The notes below the pieces were generated by a model, which did no database searches, was not told the DNA's origin, and was given only the letters and a program-made list of their open reading frames with translations. Of a stretch of 64,000 nucleotides of DNA, positions 1 through 8,298 are shown one piece after another (the stretch's first letter is position 1; every line of letters starts with the position of its first letter). A program made the translations under genes and the position numbers. Origin of the DNA: Pseudomonadota bacterium (GTDB taxonomy: Bacteria > Pseudomonadota > Alphaproteobacteria > Caulobacterales > Caulobacteraceae); assembly GCA_023386645.1 (NCBI GenBank), contig JAEWJI010000007.1, positions 4,243-68,242 on the forward strand. Reading direction: 5' to 3'.

Positions 1-17
1 CTGTCGTGGGGAGGGCC

Positions 18-425
18 ATGAGCGTCAACGACCTGCCGCTGCTGAGCCAGATCCGCGGCCGCCTGAACTGGCTGGACGAGCGCCAGCGGGTGATCGCCCA
101 GAATGTCGCCAACGCCGACACGCCGGGCTACGTCGCCCGCGATCTGAAGGCTCCTCGCGACTTCGCTACGGCCCTTCAGGGCTCTGGCGGGGCCGTCCGC
201 ATGACCGCCACCCACGGCCGCCACATCGCGCCCGCCGGGCCCGCGTCGCGCTTCGACGCCGCTCGATCCCCCGACAGTGAGACCACGCTCGACGGCAACT
301 CCGTGGTGGTCGAGGAGCAGATGCTGAAGATGGCCGAGAGCCGCATGGCCTATGACGCGGCCATCGGCTTCTACCAGAAGTCTCTGTCCATGCTGCGGCT
401 CGCCGCCAAGAAGCCGAACGGCTGA
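18..425 (+). CDS. flgB: flagellar basal-body rod protein FlgB
   Basis: ORF 6..425. Rod-protein N-terminal motif RQRVIAQNVANADTPGY. ATG at 18 is preceded by GGGAG. Followed by flgC and fliE in the canonical order. Confidence 0.9.
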   Translation: MSVNDLPLLSQIRGRLNWLDERQRVIAQNVANADTPGYVARDLKAPRDFATALQGSGGAVRMTATHGRHIAPAGPASRFDAARSPDSETTLDGNSVVVEEQMLKMAESRMAYDAAIGFYQKSLSMLRLAAKKPNG

Positions 426-439
426 GGAGGCCCTAAGCC

Positions 440-859
440 ATGACCGACCCCGTTCCCCCCCGCAACAGCGCCATGGCCGTGGCCGCCAGCGCGCTCAAGG
501 CCCAGCAGTCGCGCATGCGGGTGATCGCCGAAAACATGGCCAACGCCGAATCCACCGCCCGCACGCCCGGCGGCGAGCCCTATCGCCGCCAGATTCCGGT
601 CTTCCAGGCGCGCGAGGTCGACGGCGTCACCGGCGTGACCCTGGCTGAGGTCCGCCCGGACCAGAGCGACTTCCGCCGCGAATACGATCCCTCCCACCCG
701 GCGGCCGACCCGGAGGGCTATGTCCTGCGCCCCAACGTCAACAGCCTGATCGAGTCGATGGACATGCGTGAGGCCCAGCGGGCCTACGAGGCCAACCTGA
801 ACGTCATCGAGACGGCGCGGTCGATGGAGAGCCGCACCCTCGACCTGCTGAAGCGCTGA
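440..859 (+). CDS. flgC: flagellar basal-body rod protein FlgC
   Basis: 139 aa. N-terminal SALKAQQSRMRVIAENMANAEST and C-terminal MDMREAQRAYEANLNVIE rod motifs. GAGGAGG RBS upstream. Confidence 0.93.
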   Translation: MTDPVPPRNSAMAVAASALKAQQSRMRVIAENMANAESTARTPGGEPYRRQIPVFQAREVDGVTGVTLAEVRPDQSDFRREYDPSHPAADPEGYVLRPNVNSLIESMDMREAQRAYEANLNVIETARSMESRTLDLLKR

Positions 860-873
860 GGAAGGGCTGACCG

Positions 874-1173
874 ATGAACCCGTTGATGGCCGCCCGCGCC
901 TATTCCGCCATCCAGGGCGGCGCCACGCCGACCGGCGCCGCGGCCCCGACGGCCGAGCCCGGGTTCGGCGAGATGCTCCAATCGGTCATGGGCGACATGA
1001 CCCAGGCGACCAAGGCCGCCGAGGGCCAGATGGCCCAGGCCGTCCAGGGCCAGGGCTCGATGATCGACGTGGTCACCGCCGTCGCCTCGGCCGAGGCCTC
1101 GCTGGAGACCGTGATCGCGGTCCGCGACCAAGTGATCGCCGCCTACCAGGAGATCATGCGGATGCCGATCTAA
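874..1173 (+). CDS. fliE: flagellar hook-basal body complex protein FliE
   Basis: 99 aa. C-terminal [17 protein letters not shown] is FliE-like. Third gene of the flgB-flgC-fliE unit. Confidence 0.9.
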   Translation: MNPLMAARAYSAIQGGATPTGAAAPTAEPGFGEMLQSVMGDMTQATKAAEGQMAQAVQGQGSMIDVVTAVASAEASLETVIAVRDQVIAAYQEIMRMPI

Positions 1174-1264
1174 TCGGCGGCCTTACGGCGATTTAACGCC
1201 ACGCTTCGCATCCGTCGCGGCTATGGGGCGGCTCTTACAGCTGAAAACGTTGTTCGGAGTTCCC

Positions 1265-2581
1265 ATGAAGCGCGTCGTCTCCCTGATCGCCCTCGTCGCA
1301 GCGCTGGCGGCCCAGCCCGCCCTGGCCCAGCGCGCTCCGCAGCCGGTCACCCTGGTGCGCGCCGGAAACCTGTTCGACGCCGAGGCCGGGCGGATGGTCG
1401 GTCCCCGCGACATCCTGATCCGCGGCGAGCGCGTCGAAGCCGTGGGCGAAGGTCTGACCGCGCCCGACGGCGCGACGGTCGTCGACCTGACCCGCTGCTC
1501 CGTCCTTCCCGGCCTGATCGACGCTCACACCCATATCCTGATGGAACAGGCGATGGGGGAGGGCCTGTCCGACGTGGCGGCGCGCGACCAGTCGCTGCTG
1601 GGCGACGGCTATCGGCTGCTGACCGCGGCCGGGCGCGGCCGCCAGTATCTTGAGGCCGGGTTCACGACCATTCGCGACCTCGGCAATTCCGGGGGATTCC
1701 TCGACCTGGTGCTGGAGCGGGCGATCAACGATGGCCGGATCGCGGGGCCGCGCATCTACGGCTCCGGCCCGGGCCTCGCGCCCGCAGGTGGCCAGCTGGA
1801 GCCCTTGCCGGTCGATCCCCATCACCTCGTGGACGCCGAATACCGCATCGTCACCAGCCCCGAGGACGCCCGCGCCGCCGTTCGCGCCGCCATCGCGCGC
1901 GGCGCGGACGTCATCAAGATGTACCCGGAGGCCACGCCCCAGCGGACCCGCATGTCCGTCGACGAGATACGCGCGGTTGTCTCCGAGGCCCGCCGCCACG
2001 GCGTCCCGGCCGCCGCCCACGCCACCTCGGACGCCGCCATCCGCGAGGCGGTGGAGGCCGGCGTCAGCTCGATCGAACACGCCTATGAGGTGTCCGATGA
2101 CACCCTGCGCCTGATGGCTCAAAAGGGGGTCTGGCTGGTCCCCACCGATCCGTCCCTGGAGATGGCGCTGGAGTTCGTGAAGTCCTGGCCCCAACAGCCC
2201 CCGCTCGAGGAGCTGAACGGTCATCTGGAGCGTCAGGGGCGCGACCGCTTCCGCCGCGCGCGTCGGCTGGGCGTGCCCGTGGCCATGGGTTCGGACATGT
2301 ATGTCCCGTATGCCGCCGGTCGGGGCGCCGCGTCGCGCGCTACCATGGACGGCTATGTCGAGGCGGGAATGACGCCGGCCGAGGCGCTTCGCAGCGCGAC
2401 CTGGGAGGCGGGCCGGCTGCTGGGCGACGACGGACTGGGCGCCGTGCGCCCGCGCGCCTGGGCTGACCTCGTGGCGGTCGAGGGCGATCCAACCGTCAGC
2501 CTGGAGCCCCTGCGCGCCGTGCGGTTCGTGATGAAGGGCGGAAAGGCCGTCGCGGGCGACAGCGCACGCTGCGGCGCCTAG
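1265..2581 (+). CDS. secreted amidohydrolase-family metallohydrolase
   Basis: Signal peptide MKRVVSLIALVAALAAQPALA, then the amidohydrolase motif LPGLIDAHTHI and later His/Asp ligand regions. Start moved to ATG 1265 inside ORF 1223..2581. Confidence 0.85.
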   Translation: MKRVVSLIALVAALAAQPALAQRAPQPVTLVRAGNLFDAEAGRMVGPRDILIRGERVEAVGEGLTAPDGATVVDLTRCSVLPGLIDAHTHILMEQAMGEGLSDVAARDQSLLGDGYRLLTAAGRGRQYLEAGFTTIRDLGNSGGFLDLVLERAINDGRIAGPRIYGSGPGLAPAGGQLEPLPVDPHHLVDAEYRIVTSPEDARAAVRAAIARGADVIKMYPEATPQRTRMSVDEIRAVVSEARRHGVPAAAHATSDAAIREAVEAGVSSIEHAYEVSDDTLRLMAQKGVWLVPTDPSLEMALEFVKSWPQQPPLEELNGHLERQGRDRFRRARRLGVPVAMGSDMYVPYAAGRGAASRATMDGYVEAGMTPAEALRSATWEAGRLLGDDGLGAVRPRAWADLVAVEGDPTVSLEPLRAVRFVMKGGKAVAGDSARCGA

Positions 2582-3726
2582 CCTTCCAGCGACACCACCG
2601 GTCTCGTCACCACGGCCGGACGGGCGGAACGCCGCTTCAGCCAGGCCTTGATCCGGGTCTGCACGGGGTCGTCGATCACCATGTGGAAGGCGAAGGCGAA
2701 CCCGAAGGCGACGACGACGCCCAGGCCCCAGAGCATCCACTGCACCGGCTCGGCCAGGCCCAGGCGGGCGGTCCCGGCGTTCACCGCGCCGAACCAGACG
2801 ATGCGCACCACCTCGTTGGTGATGAACATCGAGAAGCTGACCACCGCCGCCTTCTCGATCCAGCGGGACGGCCGGACCACCGGAATGGCGCCCGCCGCGA
2901 GCAGGATCAGGGAGATGCAGACAAGAGACGCCAGCGCGTGCTTGCCGTCGTTCTGGATGACCGCCAGGGCCACGGCCGCCGCCGCCAGGACGACTCGCGC
3001 CAGCTTCGGCGACACCCAGACCCGCTCGGTGAACATCGCCAGTCCCATGCCCAGAACGAACAGGGGCAGGGCTCGCCAGAAGCCGAGGCCAAGCGGCATC
3101 TGGTAGACGGGCAGGCCGAACAGGGTCCAGGCCAGCTCATTGGCCAGGAAATAGAGCGCCGCCACACCGATCAGGGCGCTCCAGCCGCCCAGCGGCCTGA
3201 GCGCCTTCAGGATCCACGGAAAGGCCAAGTAGCAGCCGAGTAGGGCGGACACCGACCAACTGGGCGCGTTCCAGCCCAGGCCGCCGTGCACGCCGAAGGC
3301 TTGCACCAGCCCGAGCTGCGCCGGCAGCTGATCCCAGGCGAACCATTCCGGATTGCGCGGCCCGAACCCCGCGAGCGTGCTCAGGGCCACGAAGGCGGCC
3401 AGCGCCAGTCCCATCATCAGGTGGGCCGGAAAGACCCGAAGCGCCCGCTTGGCGAAGAAATCCGCCGGCGACATCCGCCCGGCCCCGACGGCCGGCCCAT
3501 AGACCCGCATAAGCACATAGCCGCTGTCGATCAGGAAGAAGTTGGTCAGCAGGAAGCCGCCGCGTTCGAACACCGGATGCAGGCCCTCGGCCAGAGGAAC
3601 CGGCGCCGACATCTGGAAGTGATGCAGGATGATCAAACTGGCCACGATGAAACGCAGCAGGTCCAGCCAGCCGCCCCGCGCGATCGGCGGTGTCTCATTC
3701 CGGGTCGAAATCGCCGTCCAGGCCAT
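2578..3726 (-). CDS. acyltransferase family 3 membrane protein
   Basis: Polytopic membrane ORF with an acyltransferase-3 style N-terminus (WLDLLRFIVASLIILHHF). Start placed at ATG 3726 (MAWTAIS). The upstream part of ORF 2578..3876 is low-complexity and lies in the divergent promoter region. Confidence 0.8.
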   Translation of the reverse strand: MAWTAISTRNETPPIARGGWLDLLRFIVASLIILHHFQMSAPVPLAEGLHPVFERGGFLLTNFFLIDSGYVLMRVYGPAVGAGRMSPADFFAKRALRVFPAHLMMGLALAAFVALSTLAGFGPRNPEWFAWDQLPAQLGLVQAFGVHGGLGWNAPSWSVSALLGCYLAFPWILKALRPLGGWSALIGVAALYFLANELAWTLFGLPVYQMPLGLGFWRALPLFVLGMGLAMFTERVWVSPKLARVVLAAAAVALAVIQNDGKHALASLVCISLILLAAGAIPVVRPSRWIEKAAVVSFSMFITNEVVRIVWFGAVNAGTARLGLAEPVQWMLWGLGVVVAFGFAFAFHMVIDDPVQTRIKAWLKRRSARPAVVTRPVVSLEG

Positions 3727-3931
3727 GGCCGAAGCCTCCTCGGAGGCGTCAACCGCAAGGAGCGGGCCGGGCCCCACGCATGGCTCCCTTTCGCTTCCGG
3801 AGCAGCCGCAAGAGACGGCGCTGGGCCCGGCTATCCGCCGTTCTGAAGCGGCGCTTCTTGACGAAGCTACTTCCAATTATATCCGCGTTTGGTCACTCTA
3901 CTCGAAGGCGCGTGGCGCATGGGGAGGCAAG

Positions 3932-4831
3932 ATGTCCAAGTTTTGGCGATCACTGACGCTGCGACCGGCCCCTCGGCCCGTGTCCAGAGCGTCTCGATTA
4001 GTCGCCGTCGTCGCATTCCTCGGCGCCGTCGTGGCGGCCGACGCTTGTGCGGCCCAGGCGCCGACGCCCGAGCTCTTTCATTACACATTCGATGAAAGCG
4101 GAGCGGTCGTCACCAATCGGGCGTCCAGTCCACCACCGGGCACAGGGGCGGCCGCGCTCGTGGGCGGGCTGACGCAGGGCGGGGCCATCACCGGAACCTA
4201 CCTGTCGGCTGTCGTGGGAACTGGTGGTTCCTCTGATACCGACTACGTCAACACCGGCTGGGCCACGAGCCTTGCGGACTCCTGGACCATATCCTTCTTT
4301 TCGGATGACATTGATACGCCTTCGCTGACCTATGTGATGGGGGATGTTACCGCAGGCGAAATCCGCATCTTCACGAACGGTGTGGCGGGCTCCGGCAACT
4401 GGTTACTGCGCGGGACCACCATCACCGATACGGTTCTCATCGGGGGGGCGGTCCAGGCCACCACGATGAACACCTTCGTCTATGACGCGCCCGCCAATGA
4501 GGTTCGCGCCTATTTGAACGGGGTTTTGGTGAACACGGTCGCCCAAGGGGGGCCCGTCACCGCGTTCGGCGTCGGGCCGTTCAAGGTGGCGGGATATGGT
4601 GCGAGCGCCGGCCTGAATGCTGGAGGCAAGGTGGGGGATGTCCGCATCTATTCGCGGGCGCTGTCTCCGGCCGAGATCACAGACATCTATGACGCGGCCT
4701 TCGTTCCGCCGCCGACCCCGCCGACGGTTCCGACGCTCGGGGAGACGGCTCTCATGCTGCTCGCCCTGATGCTTGGCGCCTTTGGGCTCATCTTGGCGCA
4801 GGCGCGGATTTCTCTGAGGGCTAGGGTCTAA
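3932..4831 (+). CDS. secreted LamG/concanavalin-like domain protein with IPTL-CTERM-like tail
   Basis: ATG 3932 is preceded by GGGGAGG. Signal peptide ends AADACAAQA. LamG-type motif GKVGDVRIYSRALSPAEI. A Pro-rich linker is followed by VPTLGETALMLLALMLGAFGLILAQARISLRARV (motif, helix, basic cluster). Confidence 0.75.
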   Translation: MSKFWRSLTLRPAPRPVSRASRLVAVVAFLGAVVAADACAAQAPTPELFHYTFDESGAVVTNRASSPPPGTGAAALVGGLTQGGAITGTYLSAVVGTGGSSDTDYVNTGWATSLADSWTISFFSDDIDTPSLTYVMGDVTAGEIRIFTNGVAGSGNWLLRGTTITDTVLIGGAVQATTMNTFVYDAPANEVRAYLNGVLVNTVAQGGPVTAFGVGPFKVAGYGASAGLNAGGKVGDVRIYSRALSPAEITDIYDAAFVPPPTPPTVPTLGETALMLLALMLGAFGLILAQARISLRARV

Positions 4832-4837
4832 CTCCCG

Positions 4838-5413
4838 TTAGCCCCTCACCAGCCTCAGGAACTCCTCCCGCGTGCGGGCGTCGTCGCGCATCGTGCCGAT
4901 CAGGTGGCTGGTCGACAGGCTGGCGCCCGGCGCGTTGACGCCGCGCAGGGTCATGCAGCTGTGCTCGGCCTCGATCACGACGCCGACCCCGTGGGGCCGC
5001 AGCACCTCGTGGACCGCGCGGGCGATCTCGGCGGTCATCTTCTCCTGGATCTGCAGCCGCCGGCCGAAGCCCTGCACCACCCGCGCCAGCTTGGAGATGC
5101 CCACCACCCGGCTGGTCGGCAGATAGCCGACGTGCGCCTTGCCCACGACTGGCAGCATATGGTGCTCGCAGAAGCTGACGAAGCGGATGTCCTTCAGGAC
5201 GACCATCTCGTCATAGCCGCCGACCTCCTCGAAGGTCTTCTCCAGGTATTCCCTGGGATCGACGTCGTAGCCGGCGAACAGCTCGCGATAGCTCCGCGCC
5301 ACGCGGGCCGGGGTCTCCAGCAGGCCTTCACGATCGGGATCGTCCCCCGCCCATTTGATCAGGGTCCGAACGGCGGCCTCGGCTGCGGCCTGCGAGATGG
5401 GGGCGTCGGTCAT
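4838..5413 (-). CDS. folE: GTP cyclohydrolase I
   Basis: The last 191 aa of ORF 4838..5638 match FolE throughout ([43 protein letters not shown]). Start set at ATG 5413 (MTDAPIS). Confidence 0.93.
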   Translation of the reverse strand: MTDAPISQAAAEAAVRTLIKWAGDDPDREGLLETPARVARSYRELFAGYDVDPREYLEKTFEEVGGYDEMVVLKDIRFVSFCEHHMLPVVGKAHVGYLPTSRVVGISKLARVVQGFGRRLQIQEKMTAEIARAVHEVLRPHGVGVVIEAEHSCMTLRGVNAPGASLSTSHLIGTMRDDARTREEFLRLVRG

Positions 5414-5487
5414 GGACGGTACATAGCTCACCCGGCGCGCCACGCCAGAGGGGCCAGCGCCACGCTCGACCCTCTGGTTACCGCCCA

Positions 5488-5494
5488 TTAACCA
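5488..5494 (+). promoter_or_regulatory. candidate CtrA half-site TTAACCA upstream of fliQ
   Basis: ggTTACcgcccaTTAACCAcgc lies 41-47 nt before the fliQ ATG. It matches the TTAACCAT half-site in 7 of 8 positions. The spacing of the upstream TTAC half is N6, not N7. Confidence 0.4.
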
Positions 5495-5534
5495 CGCACC
5501 CGGCATTCCTTGCCCAGTATCGGGAGTGTTCTTC

Positions 5535-5798
5535 ATGAACGGCGCGGAAGTGATGGATGTGGGCCGCGACGCCCTGTGGCTGACCATCCAGCTGTGCGCG
5601 CCCGTGCTCATCGTCGGCCTGATCGTCGGCGTGGTCATCGGCCTGTTCCAGGCCCTGACCCAGATCCAGGAGCAGACCCTGGTCTATGCGCCGAAAATCA
5701 TCGCGATCTTCGTGTCCCTGCTGCTGTTCCTGCCGCTGATGGGGGCGCTGCTGGGCGGCTTCATGCAGCAGATCGCGGCCCGCATCGCGGGCATGTAG
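5535..5798 (+). CDS. fliQ: flagellar biosynthesis protein FliQ
   Basis: 87 aa two-TM FliQ pattern ([36 protein letters not shown]). ATG 5535 lies 9 nt after GGGAG. GTG 5526 is an alternative start. Confidence 0.92.
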   Translation: MNGAEVMDVGRDALWLTIQLCAPVLIVGLIVGVVIGLFQALTQIQEQTLVYAPKIIAIFVSLLLFLPLMGALLGGFMQQIAARIAGM

Positions 5799-5807
5799 AG
5801 TCGAACG

Positions 5808-6578
5808 ATGGAGCCCTGGGCCACCGCCGATCAGGTCTGGGCCGGCGGGCTGATCTTCGCGCGTGTCGGCGCGATCCTGATGATGATCCCCGGCATCGGC
5901 GAGAGCTATGTGCCGCCCCGCATCCGCCTGTCGCTGGCCCTGGTGATCTCGCTGGCGCTCTGGCCCCTGGTCACCGGCTCGCTTCCGCCCCTGCCCGAGA
6001 CCGTCGGCGGCATGGCCGGCTGGGTGCTGCGCGAGACGATCGTGGGCCTGGCCATCGGCGGCCTGCTGCGCAGCTTCATGACGGCCCTGGCCACCGCCGG
6101 CGAGATCGTGTCGCTCCAGACCACCCTCAGCTTCGCCCAGACGGCCAATCCGCTCCAGGCCCAGCCGGGAACCACGATCGCCGCCTTCCTGACCCTGTTC
6201 GGGGTGACCCTGCTGTTCGCCACCGACACCCACCACCTGTTCATCGCCGGCATCCTGGGCTCCTACCGCCTGATCGCCCCGGTCCAGCCGCTGGTCACCG
6301 GCGACTTTACAAGCCTGGCGATCCGCACCTTGGCGGACAGCTTCATGCTGGGGGTCCAGCTGTCGGCGCCGGTGATCGTCTTCGCTCTGGTGTTCAACCT
6401 GGCCTCGGGTCTGGTGGGCCGGGTCATGCCCCAGTTCCAGGTCTTCTTCGCCGCCGCCCCCCTGTCGGTGATCCTGGGCCTGTCGGTCTTCGCCTTGAGC
6501 CTCGGCGTGCTGGGCACGGTCTTCATCGACCGCTACCGCGCCCTGGCTGAGCGGTTCGTGGGAGGCGCCGGTGGCTGA
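5808..6578 (+). CDS. fliR: flagellar biosynthesis protein FliR
   Basis: 256-aa polytopic protein directly after fliQ. Its stop overlaps the flhB GTG start. FliR-like length and hydrophobicity pattern. Confidence 0.9.
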   Translation: MEPWATADQVWAGGLIFARVGAILMMIPGIGESYVPPRIRLSLALVISLALWPLVTGSLPPLPETVGGMAGWVLRETIVGLAIGGLLRSFMTALATAGEIVSLQTTLSFAQTANPLQAQPGTTIAAFLTLFGVTLLFATDTHHLFIAGILGSYRLIAPVQPLVTGDFTSLAIRTLADSFMLGVQLSAPVIVFALVFNLASGLVGRVMPQFQVFFAAAPLSVILGLSVFALSLGVLGTVFIDRYRALAERFVGGAGG

Positions 6579-7644
6579 AGGCGCCGATCCCGAGTCCAAG
6601 ACAGAAGAAGCGACCCCGCGAAAACTCGAGGAGGCGCGTCGCAAGGGCGATGTCGCTAAGTCCCAGGACGTCGGCTCCGCCCTCGCCCTGATGGGGGCCA
6701 GCGCGGTCATCCTGATGGGCGGGGGCCTGTTCGCGGGCCAGATGGCCGAGGCGCTCCTTCCCTTCATCGCCGCGCCCCACGCCATGCTGGGCGGCCTTCA
6801 CGCCGGAGCGGGCGTCGAGATCGCCGGCCGCGCCCTCTGGGCCATCGCGCCCTTCCTCGGCGCCGTCATGCTGGCCACCATCATCGGCGGGGCGGGGGGG
6901 CACCTGGCCCAGTCCGGCCTGATCTTCACCGCCGAGAAGCTGAAGCCCAAGTGGGAGACGCTGAATCCGCTCAACGGCTTCAAGCGCATCTTCGGCCCCG
7001 ACGGCCTGGTTCAGTTCCTCAAGACCTTCCTGAAGCTGCTGGCCATCAGCGCCATCTGCTGGATGGTGCTGAAGCCCCACGCGCGCGAGCTCGAGAACAT
7101 GGCGGCCATGAGCCCGGCCGGCATCCTGCCCCTGACGCGGGACCTGGTGATCGCGCTCATGGCCTCGGCGCTGGTTTTCCTGGGCCTGACCGCCGGCGCG
7201 GATTTCATGTGGCAGAAGATGCGCTTCGCCAAGCGCATGCGGATGACCAAGGAGGAGCTCAAGGAGGACTACAAACAGTCCGAGGGCGACCCGCACATCA
7301 AGGCCAAGCTGAAGCAGATCCGCCACCAGCGCAGCCGCCAGCGGATGATGCAGAACGTGCCCAAGGCCACGGTGATCGTCACCAACCCGACCCACTATTC
7401 GGTCGCGCTGCGCTACGAACCCGACCAGGGCGACGGCGCCCCTGTGTGCGTCGCCAAGGGCGTGGACGCGCTCGCGCTCCGCATCCGCGAGGTGGCCCGC
7501 GACCACAAGGTGCCGATCGTCGAGAACGTGCCCCTGGCCCGCGCCCTCTACGCCGCCGTGGACGTGGACGAGACCATCCCGCGCGAGCACTTCGAGGCCG
7601 CCGCCAAGGTCATCGGCTTCGTGATGCAGAAGCGGCGGCGCTAG
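6571..7644 (+). CDS. flhB: flagellar biosynthesis protein FlhB
   Basis: 357 aa. N-terminus EEATPRKLEEARRKGDVAKSQD. Autocleavage NPTH motif (TVIVTNPTHYSVAL). Confidence 0.93.
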   Translation: MAEGADPESKTEEATPRKLEEARRKGDVAKSQDVGSALALMGASAVILMGGGLFAGQMAEALLPFIAAPHAMLGGLHAGAGVEIAGRALWAIAPFLGAVMLATIIGGAGGHLAQSGLIFTAEKLKPKWETLNPLNGFKRIFGPDGLVQFLKTFLKLLAISAICWMVLKPHARELENMAAMSPAGILPLTRDLVIALMASALVFLGLTAGADFMWQKMRFAKRMRMTKEELKEDYKQSEGDPHIKAKLKQIRHQRSRQRMMQNVPKATVIVTNPTHYSVALRYEPDQGDGAPVCVAKGVDALALRIREVARDHKVPIVENVPLARALYAAVDVDETIPREHFEAAAKVIGFVMQKRRR

Positions 7645-7650
7645 GCGTCG

Positions 7651-8169
7651 TCAGGCGCCCGCCTTCGCCTCCGCGATCCACGCGTTCAGCCGCTGGACCA
7701 TCGGCTCATAGGGAAACTCGCCCATCTGGCCGTAGTGCTGGTCGTCGATCCGCCACTGGCCGTTCTCCAGGACCAGGTTGTAGGTCTTGTGATGGACCGC
7801 GTTGCCGGGCTCGGCGAAACCCTGGACCACGGCCACATCGGCCCTGTCGGGCCCCGTGGAGGTCGCGGTCGCCGACTGCAGCACCGGTGTGCCGTCCTGG
7901 CAGTCGCAGATCGGATCGGCCTCGAAGAAGCCCATGTCGCCCTCGGCCGTCAGCCGCTCGCTCTCCGCCAGCAGGGCCGCCGTCCGCGCCGACCAGATCT
8001 CGGCCGGTCGGTCGCCGGGGCCATACAGCGACCGGACGAAGGCCTCGGCCGCCTGGGTCTCCTGCGCTGGCTGCGCGGCCGTCGCTTCCGCGGCTTTCGC
8101 CGGCTCGTCGGACGGAGAACAACCGGCCAGCGCCAGAAACGCGGCAGTGAACATCACGGACAGGCGCAT
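7651..8169 (-). CDS. putative lipoprotein (DUF3828-like, low certainty on family)
   Basis: Only the 3-prime 519 nt of ORF 7651..10122 is credible. It has the lipobox MRLSVMFTAAFLALAGC and good third-position GC. The remainder of that ORF is antisense to cckA. Confidence 0.7.
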   Translation of the reverse strand: MRLSVMFTAAFLALAGCSPSDEPAKAAEATAAQPAQETQAAEAFVRSLYGPGDRPAEIWSARTAALLAESERLTAEGDMGFFEADPICDCQDGTPVLQSATATSTGPDRADVAVVQGFAEPGNAVHHKTYNLVLENGQWRIDDQHYGQMGEFPYEPMVQRLNAWIAEAKAGA

Positions 8170-8298
8170 GATCTTTCCCCAAAGATGGCCGCCCATGACG
8201 GGCGCCGACGCGGCTCCGCTACGCTCACACGACAGGCGCGCCCCCGCAATCGCAGAAAGAATTCGACAGCGAACCGCGTATGATCGGGGCTCTGATTC

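Noticed and set aside
1235-2740. 501-aa ORF on the minus strand
   Set aside because: It is antisense to the amidohydrolase gene, which has clear family motifs and a signal peptide. The translation is Arg/Gly/Ala/Pro-rich low-complexity sequence typical of shadow ORFs in very GC-rich DNA.
3860-3900. TTGACG ... TATATC promoter-like hexamers upstream of the LamG gene
   Set aside because: The spacer is only 13-14 nt, and the match to the Caulobacter-type sigma-73 consensus is poor. It cannot be supported from sequence alone.
3629-3931. N-terminal extension of the LamG ORF
   Set aside because: It overlaps the divergent acyltransferase start and promoter. ATG 3932 has a GGGGAGG RBS and is followed directly by a signal peptide.
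5478-7590. Long minus-strand ORFs 5478..6785 and 6523..7590
   Set aside because: They are antisense to fliQ-fliR-flhB, whose products are unmistakable. Their composition (runs of G, R, D, Q, H) is not protein-like.
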